Positions 56,101 to 64,000 of a stretch of DNA of 64,000 nt are shown in pieces. A model generated the notes under the pieces. That model ran no database searches. It saw only the letters and a list, made by a program, of their open reading frames with translations, and was not told where the DNA came from. The stretch is taken from contig DF236965.1 in the NCBI GenBank assembly GCA_000708835.1, positions 248,001-312,000 of the forward strand. The letters are read 5' to 3'. The DNA comes from Klebsormidium nitens. Lineage: Eukaryota; Plantae; Klebsormidiophyceae. The position numbers were made by a program, and so were the translations under genes. Position 1 is the stretch's first letter; the number at the start of each line of letters is the position of its first letter.

Positions 56101-59100
56101 CAAAGAAACAGGTGGGCCAGCTTGCAGACTGAGTAGGGGTGACGGTAGCTGCCCCGAATGTGGTGCCCCGGGCCCGCGGCGCGCTCGAGAGATTTGCGCG
56201 CCTGAAGAAAGTGCGGCAAGGAAACTCAGAGGACATGCTTCTTGAGCTCAGCTCAAGCACTGGCTCCGGAGTGGCGGCCGGGATGGGGTCAAGCGTCTGA
56301 TGAAGAGATTCTCCTCATACGAGAATCTGTAAATTGTAAAGTCCAGCCATGCAGAGTCGGACAGTGCCGCTTTTGACGCCGCTTGCCCTGTCAACTATCA
56401 AAAGAAGCAAGACAGAACGCTGCTCAAGTCGGACTGCATCTTTTTAATGCGGAGAGAGATATTCAAATGGTAGAAACAAAGCACTCCAGCTCCACTCTAA
56501 AGAAAAGGACATTAGTCTTCTTGAAGTTTAGCATTTCTTCTCACCTCCTCAATCCGACCTAGCCGCAAATACGCGATCCCCGCCTGGTACGATGTGTCCG
56601 AAAGATGCTCTTTCGGACAGAGCTCCTGAGCGTCCTCTAGCTCGATACACGCGATATCCGTCTTCTTCATCGCTAAGTGCGCAAGACCCAAATTGTAGAG
56701 GGCCTTGAAATAACTGCGAACAGACGACGGTGGTCAGGACAAGCCGTGAAGGCAAGCACGACGATGGAGAGGGTGTGAAAGACTCCGTCACGAGACAGGG
56801 GGGATTCCGACACAAGAAAAGTGAGCGCGGAAGGGCTCGGAAAAGCCTTTCATATTTTCCGATTTTACAACGAGCAAACGCCTGCCTTTCATCTTATTGC
56901 TGGCAGCAAGGGCCTAGAGAATCTGTAGCTCTGACGTTCGAGCTGATGAAAAGTAAGCTGGTAATACAAGTCCCGGCACGCAGAACCAGACAGGAAGCGA
57001 CATTCAGAGCTGCTTTCTGTCAAACCCTCAGCGGATAGGATGTTGAAGTGGCTGCTCACTTGGGTTCCCTTGTCAGAGCCTTCTCTAGGTACGTTACCGC
57101 CTCAGGCAGGCGGCCTTCGACCAGCTTGACGTGTCCCAAGTTTACGAGCGCCGGCACGAGCTCCGGCTTGATTCTGATTGCCTCTTCAAAATCTGCCGTT
57201 GCTGCCTCCTTGTTCCGCAGCCGTAGCTGGATCAATCTGCAGCGGAAACGACAGCTTGAGAGCCTGAAGTTTGAAAAATTCGTCCCTCCAATTGTGTCCC
57301 GATTCAGCGGGCCATCTGATACTCTTGAGACATCCTGATCAAATCCAACCTGTGCAGGATGCTTGTACGGAGAGCTCGCACTCTGACTGGCTGCCAAAAT
57401 GGTTGTTAATGGAGACGGAGACTTGTTCCGTAGAGAACGGGCAATGTACTCTCCCCCTCTTGGTGCTGTTGAAGCCACTCTTTCTCTCGCAAACAAAGCC
57501 TCAGTCTCTTTCGATGTTCCTGACGTGTTCTGCAGATGTTTACAAAAGAGGCAAGGACGACGGTGCTCCTCTCTGACTGCATCAGAATAACGTGCAGGAC
57601 TCGTATCCGAACCCTTCCAGCAGTTAGAAGGTAGGCTTTCCTCGTTCACAGCAAGCCATTGAGCCGTCTGGACTGCATTGGAAGGCGAACGAAGGGTAGC
57701 GACGCCACCCACCCCCGAGTGTTATAAAAGTGCGCCTCTGGCTCAACCTTGATTGCTCGGTCGACAGCTATTTTGGCCATGTCCATTTCTCCATGGCGGA
57801 ATGCAACCACAGCCTGCATATGCAGGCTCTCGCAATTGTCCGGGTCCCTCTGAACGATCCTCTCCAGTATCACATTTGCTTTGGTCAGCTCGCCAGCCGT
57901 GATCAGGGCCGCAGACGTCACCAGGTCTTCTTTCTCCCGTCGAGGATCAGTTCCCTGTGAGAGCAGATTGTTGGTAAACCGCAAAACCAGCTTTTGGATA
58001 CTGTAAAGTGGTAAGGACGGTTACTTTCTGCATATGAGGGTGAACATCGCGTTCATAAAGGGCGACGAGAAGGAGGGCTACCCAGTTGTCTGTGGCAGCA
58101 CGTTGGTTTGCAGAAGGATCGTACAGATGTGAAGCAACTCGTATTCACGACTTTCACAAGATTCTGTTCAGGAGAACTCTGTTCGTGCAAGTCACTAACA
58201 CGCTGAGTAGTTATAAGGCCCGCAGTATGCAATCTGCCTTCGATAAAATGTCGGGGAAGAATCAGATCTGGGTCAAGCACACCGTCCACCCAACGAAGCT
58301 CTAGACCTTCATAATACAAGGAGGGAGATGGCAGCCAAAGATAAGCAGTTGCTAGATGGTCAAGCGAAATGGTCGGAACGCCCACTGGCTTGCTTACCTG
58401 CTCTCCAAGGGCCCCCGCACACGCTTGGTAGAAGGCGTCCGTGTCTGCATATGTTATCATGTCCCGGTGCCTTCGGTAAAAGTACAGGCCAGAAACCCCA
58501 AGGGTCAGGGCAGAGCACATTGCTGTCAAGGCAATGGCAAGGAGGCCATTCTGCCACTCTGTCTTCCAACCATCTAAGGGGTTTCCTAAATTTGGAGCCC
58601 CAGTATCCGGCGTGCTTTGGAGCAAGTGCCGCTGGTTACTCTTGAGCTCTTCATCCGAACCAATGAAAGGTTGTGTATCACCGAAATGATCCTGAGGTAC
58701 GGAACGAGGTTGAGTACGGGCTGCCTCCCCTACCCATTCGCCTGTAGGCAACACGTCATTATCCAGTCTCCCTGGCTCTGCCAGCTGCATGCTGGAGACT
58801 TGGTCTCTAAAACCCTTAGCAGATGACTCCAAACTGATCTCTTTGGTCTTTCCTTTACCCTGCTCAGCCAGCGCTGCGCTGACTCGTCTTTCTTGACTCC
58901 CCCTTTCGGCCACTTCCAACCCCTGCTTAAGCTCAGACTTGGCTCCATGATCAATCACACCAGGGTCAGATGATTGGATTCTTGAGCTCGTTTGATCCCT
59001 TCCCTCAGCTAATTGTTTCACGCTTATATCTTTTCTGGAATGTATGACGCTTGGATCGTGTTCCGAAGGGCTCCTGTTGTGCTGGAACCCTGAGCAACCA

Positions 59101-59711
59101 GTGGTTGCTGATGCAGAGGTTCCAAGCAGGTGGCAAAACTGTTCGCTGCTTGATTCTCTGACCACGGGGGTGGGCCTCGCCAGATCAACCTCTGGGAGCC
59201 CCACATTGTGTGGGAAAAGGTCTGCATCTGGAACGGAAGATGAGGATCTTATTTACGAGTCACCCAAGGTAAGGTGTTTATTGGCAGCTGCGCCAGCAGC
59301 TTGGAGCTGGTAACATATTCCCAGCAAACCCAGTGCAAAGCTGTTGGTTCACTTAAATCTATAAAGAACAAACGGGCTGTGGTTCACGATCTCATAGAAT
59401 TGTCTAGGACAGGTGTGTTTGACAATCAGCTCAAATTGGTGCTGCAATGATGTGTTACCATTCAAGAAGGCCTATCAGCTAATGTCCATGAGAAAACATT
59501 ACCCAGAGAATAACGATCAGACTGCGAATCGGTTGGAGCCGGTGGCCACATCTCCTGAGGATCAAACATCTGCATCATCTGCTTCCGTAGCCATTTCTCG
59601 ACCCTTACCAGCTTTGTGAGCTCTGCACTCCCAGGCCAATCCCGCCAGGCAGGTCCAAATGAGAATCAACCGTGGGAGCAGCCTGTGACACCTCAGGTTA
59701 TGTCCCTTCAT
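50119..59711 (-). CDS. Predicted type-I membrane protein: signal peptide, low-complexity ectodomain, TM, ~9 TPRs, DUF4347-like domain, low-complexity tail (~1,330 aa, 13 exons)
   Basis: Phase-consistent exons: 59609-59711, 58398-59227, 57713-57954, 57060-57236, 56545-56713, 55849-56201, 54816-55325, 54128-54499, 53384-53570, 52855-52914, 51924-52146, 51471-51605, 50119-50750. TPR motifs include PALVNLGHVKLVEGRLPEAVTYLEKAL and KALYNLGLAHL. DUF4347-like: RAVLISSRV..VALVSH..GAIGL..GRIDLLGCGLA..GEELLDELRTLTFADV. TM: LLAIALTAMCSALTLGVSGLYF, followed by YRRHR. Confidence 0.75.
52109..52385 (-). repeat. Two echo copies of the start of exon 51924-52146 (DUF4347 exon)
   Basis: AGGCACGYGGAGACGYGC.C at about 52109 (true), 52239 and 52348. 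Confidence 0.85.
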
Positions 59712-60562
59712 ATTGCTGGACCTTTCTGGCTTTCCATCAAATCAACAGCTAAAGAGCTTTCTCCGTTGCCCTACTCTGGCCTGCAAGGAGGCACCTGCAG
59801 GGGCCAACAATCTGGAAACCTGGTGATCATTGGAGCTTTCCATCACCTCAAAAACCTTTCGAAGTTCAAATACAGCTGGAGCTTTGACATCACTGGTCAG
59901 CTCGTTCTATCGTTCTATCCTCTGTATGAAGGGCTTCTCCTCCTCTCAGCTACAGCCTCCCCATTATTCTAAGACTGACTAAGGGTGACACTCATAGGGT
60001 CTTGTCAGCAAGCATCAAACCTGAGTCAAAGCACCTTCAACTTGCACCCAACTTGTGCCAGCGTTATCCAACCAAAATTTCCTCTTCCAAACACAAACAA
60101 TTCAGCTTGGGCAGGGATGATGGATAGATGGTGCTAATGGGCAAGAAAGAGCTGGTGTATGGCGCTAGCGATGCTGCGATCGGCATATGGCTTCCGACAT
60201 GAATCAGGAGCTCCGGCACGCCTAGGCTAAGTATAAAAGTGAGCTGCGTTTACCGGGGTAGGTCCTATGTTAGTGAATACGTGATTCAGTGAACACTTCC
60301 GTTGCCAAAACTCCTTTATGGTACCCACTGCCAGCAATTCCCTCGTCTCCTAAGGGGCTTGTCTTCCAATACTGCTCGGAAGCCCCGGGCACCAGGACAA
60401 ACAAACCTTAACCCAAAATCTTAAGCGCCGCACTTTTACCACTTTTTTTCACCCTAACCACCAAACCGTCGAACCCTAACTGTCTCCCGGCCCATGAGAC
60501 AAGTCACAAGCCCCTTTAGAGTCAGTAGTACGACAAGAGAAATCCTTGAGTACATTCGAATT

Positions 60563-63251
60563 TCAACTGCTCGCAGACTTCTCTTGTTGACCTGGATCTG
60601 CAACGAACGGCTTCAAGGCCCTTGATTGAAAGATCATCGACGGTGTGCAAATTAACGAGTACTTCCATTGCATGCGAGCTGCCAAGTCAGCACCAACGCG
60701 GTACCCTGCAAAGGTACCGGGGGTGAGGATCGGCGCCTGCACGGGCTCTTGGTACCGACCGACATGATCACATGGCACCCAAAAGCTCCGTCATTGGCTG
60801 CAACAAGTTGCTCTATATGCCCGCGAAGGCCTGCTCTTTGCATGGCTGCATTGCAGACCCCTAAAACTGTCCCAAAAACTGTTGACATCAGGCTGCAGCC
60901 AGGCTGCAGCCAGCTGCAGCCTTGGTGCGTCGGTGCTTTGTGCAAGTCGATTTAAGCGAAAGGCCGTCCGCATGTCGATCCAGCTCCTTGTCAGCTTGTG
61001 TGCCACAGCACACGAAGATTGATAAATTTGCACAAAGTCTCAACAGCTGCATTTGCTGCATAAGCAGAAGGCTTTTTGGGGGGAAAAGGGATCCGCTCTG
61101 AAACCTCTGCTTGTTGTTATTGTTTCCAGGGAAGCAGCCATGCAGTCGATAGGACTAAGATTGAGAAGTGTGCTGCAGCCAGCTTTTGATCTACACCACC
61201 TCCCCTGCACAGCGCGAGCCTTTCGAATCCTGCCAGACCCAAAACGACCAGGGGTTTCTGATCCAGGCGCGTCTGATGAGAAGGCAAGACAAGCACTCCC
61301 AACATTCTGATCCTGTCTTCCACAAACTTTTCCTTCTGACAGAGGACTTTGTCTGAGCTTCTGTTGGCGCAAAACTTGCTGCAAGGGCAGACGTACTTTT
61401 GAGCAATCTAATGTTGCAGACGGAGGACAGACCACTATTGCATGCTGTCTATAAGAACCCTGAGGTCAGTTAGAGGATGTGGAGTTTGCCTTCCTGAGCA
61501 GATTGTGCATGATTACATGCATACAATTTCTAAGAAGGTTTCGTGAATGCTATTGCGCAGCTGGTGGTTCCAGCTATGTCACTCTGGTTCCAATCGTCCT
61601 GGTTTCGAAAGAATCTTGAGGGAAAGGCAGGTCGAAAAATGTCTCAACTTGTAGATTTGCAACACTTATCTACTTACCAGCACCTTATTGCGTCCTGATA
61701 GATATGGACATTGATAAGTGACCATTCAGTGCACGTTTAGAAATCTGGATGATCAAAGATACTGAACTTTCTCGAAACAGCATTTGTAAGATTCACGCCT
61801 GCTAAATTTTTGTCAAATTCCTCACGTACAACTACATTTGGTTGCTGCATCGCCACTGGCAGCGCTTCGCGTAAATCTTTGTGTCATTGATGTTGCGTTT
61901 ACCACGTAGGATACCCGCCAAGAGGTGTCTCGGAGTAAGAAGTGCAGAATCTGAGAGGGGAGTTATCACACGTCTGACGCGGTTCGAGGCCCTGGACAGA
62001 CGCTATGTTTTCGGGAACAGTTCGACGGGTCTGCGCAGAGAACACCTTTTCATTCATGCAGGTGCAACGAGGATCCACCACCGTGATTCAAATCAGTTCG
62101 GCGACTGACCCTCGTCGATAATTTCATCCTCTGGAATCATTCTCTTCAAACCAATCTGTACGGCATTTGCAGCGCCATTGAACTTCTTTTCCATCCTGCA
62201 GGGCACCGGTGAAGACGTGATGAGACGCGAGGCGGAGGCACTTGGGCAGACCGGGAAGAAGGAGAAAGGGGAAGACCAGTCCTTTGGTCTTTCTGACGAC
62301 GATCAAAAGGCAGCAAGGGAAAGGGGATACGACAAGCCACAGATGTCCCGAGGCCAAAGTGAAAGTGGGGGCCGAACCAGCGATCTCCGGAAGGGTGTGA
62401 GTAGGGGCACAGAGGAGGCGGAGAAGGAAGGCAGTGGGACTGAAGCGTCGATGCGCGAACTGCGGCCGGAAGGGCCGGGGGAGAAACCGGAACTCAAGGA
62501 AGCATAATCAGCCGTGAGCAAGTCGTGACGAGCTTGTTGTCGTTTGTTGAAGGTGGCCTCATGGTTTATCCGGCACAAACCTGCGGTATTGTGAAACGTT
62601 GTACGTAGAATTAGGAGGAGAAACCGTCCTCACATGTCTAATGGTCATCATAGACGAGAAGTCTGTTGTAGTCTTGCGGAATGAGAACCTTTCTTGCGAT
62701 GCATTTTCAGCTGGTCAAGATGTTGAAAAGAGCTGCCTTGGAAGGTCAGTCAAAGTAGTACACGAGCCGTTGAGATGTTTTGACTAGGCAGGTTCTCAAA
62801 CTCTTTACTCGTGATAGTCGTCCCCTACCATCTGAGTACAGTACCTGCGGAGCTCGTGTTGTCCCTCTGAGTCACGTCTCGGCAGTCTGTCATTGTGAAT
62901 TTCATTTGGAGTCTACCCGTCCGGAAGTTTATCAAGTTTCCTGTTCATCTGATTAAGGCAGTAAGGATAGTGTTTGGTTCCCAAATGTACGTCTAATCTA
63001 TGACGTACCAGATGCACGAGGTCACGCACAGCCGTTGTTGCCAGTGCCGCGACCCTTCTGGTAGTTTCGATCTGGGACTCAGTAAGTGAGTTCAGAATCA
63101 TAAAATCTTGGATTCGTGGTGTGGTTGAAGTGACGGTCGATGAGTGCCCTGGCGAAAGGAACTTGTTGTGTCGAAGGCCCCGCTGACCTTCATTCCCATC
63201 TGATGCGTACGTGAACTTTTGCAATCTCTGTGCGCAGAGCTGGAGCGCCAA
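60563..63251 (-). CDS. Possible further multi-exon gene, unresolved
   Basis: Several short minus-strand open stretches bounded by plausible AG/GT sites (about 63010-63230, 61120-61320, 60750-60850 and 60590-60710). No family recognised and no phase-consistent model built. Confidence 0.2.
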
Positions 63252-64000
63252 CGCGATGAAAGTAATCCTTCAGGGGCGTCGATCCTGTTGAATACATGAA
63301 TCCGCTCGTATACATAATTGGGCCTCAGACAGAGTACGTCAGCGGCTACTTCCTGTTATATGCACTGGCATCGACATATGCATCCGAATCTTGCTCGACT
63401 ATTCACGTGACGTGCCAAATTAGCAATCGCACTTATATTACCTAATTGATTAGTTGATTAAGGTGCGCAGCGGTTGCAGCTCGCAACCTTGAGTTAGTGA
63501 GTGATTGAAAGGACTTTAAAAATCAGCTCCACATAAAAAGTTGTTCCTCTAACGATTTTCAGCATAGGTATATTTCCATGCCAGATGAGGCCGAACTTAG
63601 CAGAGCTGCAAACGTTTCTAGCTTCTAAGCCTACTGTCCCGGCCTCAAGAATGAGCTGGGCCTCTCGTAATTGAACAAATCCACGGCATGGTTCGAAATT
63701 TGTGCTAACATTAACGCTTTCAGCTTTGCTGCTACCTATGTACCTCCTATGTATCACTATGCTACTAGCTTGATACTGCAAATTGGGACGATAGGACAAT
63801 GGTTTGATTACTAGCATCTACATGCGGTGATTGGTCTCAACTTCAGTGCCCGGGTACTCGGACCTGTGCGCTCAATCCAATGGTCAACGCGATGTCATCT
63901 ACTCATCGAGGTTCATGATCAACACCGTTCCAGCTTTCCACCTTGATTGACCATGATTCAGCCAATTGCCGACAGCAAACACTCAACAGCAAACACTTGT

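Noticed and set aside
58053-59204. Stand-alone 383-aa ORF or retroelement ORF
   Set aside because: No RT, integrase or gag motifs. Its 5' part fits as exon 58398-59227 of the TPR gene with matching phases, and the 3' part is intron read-through.
1-64000. tRNA, rRNA or snRNA genes
   Set aside because: No cloverleaf or rRNA/snRNA signature was recognised by eye; a tRNAscan/Infernal run would be needed to exclude them formally.

Overview
This is an intron-rich eukaryotic window. The gene content (septin, GRV2/RME-8 family, cytosolic sHSP, FYR/SAND protein) and short GT-AG introns suggest a streptophyte or green alga, possibly Klebsormidium-like; that is an inference. I rebuilt five multi-exon genes by hand from splice sites, exon-phase arithmetic and remembered family motifs. 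(1) A SAND + FYRN/FYRC chromatin protein (-, 144-4666; 5' exons uncertain). (2) A septin with a degenerate P-loop, a C-terminal TM segment plus coiled coil, and a transit-peptide-like N-terminus (-, 7516-13509). (3) An HSP20 (+, 14258-17260). (4) A ~2,900-aa, 40-exon RME-8/DNAJC13/GRV2-like protein that lacks the J and GYF_2 domains but carries an RRxS array, a SEA-like module and a polyproline tract (-, 19025-48145). (5) A predicted type-I membrane protein with ~9 TPRs and a DUF4347-like domain (-, 50119-59711). The most striking non-genic pattern is 'splice-junction echoes'. At eight or more junctions in three genes, the flanking intron holds tandem decaying copies of the real exon edge plus its splice site. 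Two upstream intergenic regions carry dense GTAC/GTAGGTAC clusters, and one of them contains a 181-bp inverted-repeat element. I recognised no rRNA, tRNA, CRISPR array or transposase ORF. All family assignments come from memory of motifs, not from database searches.
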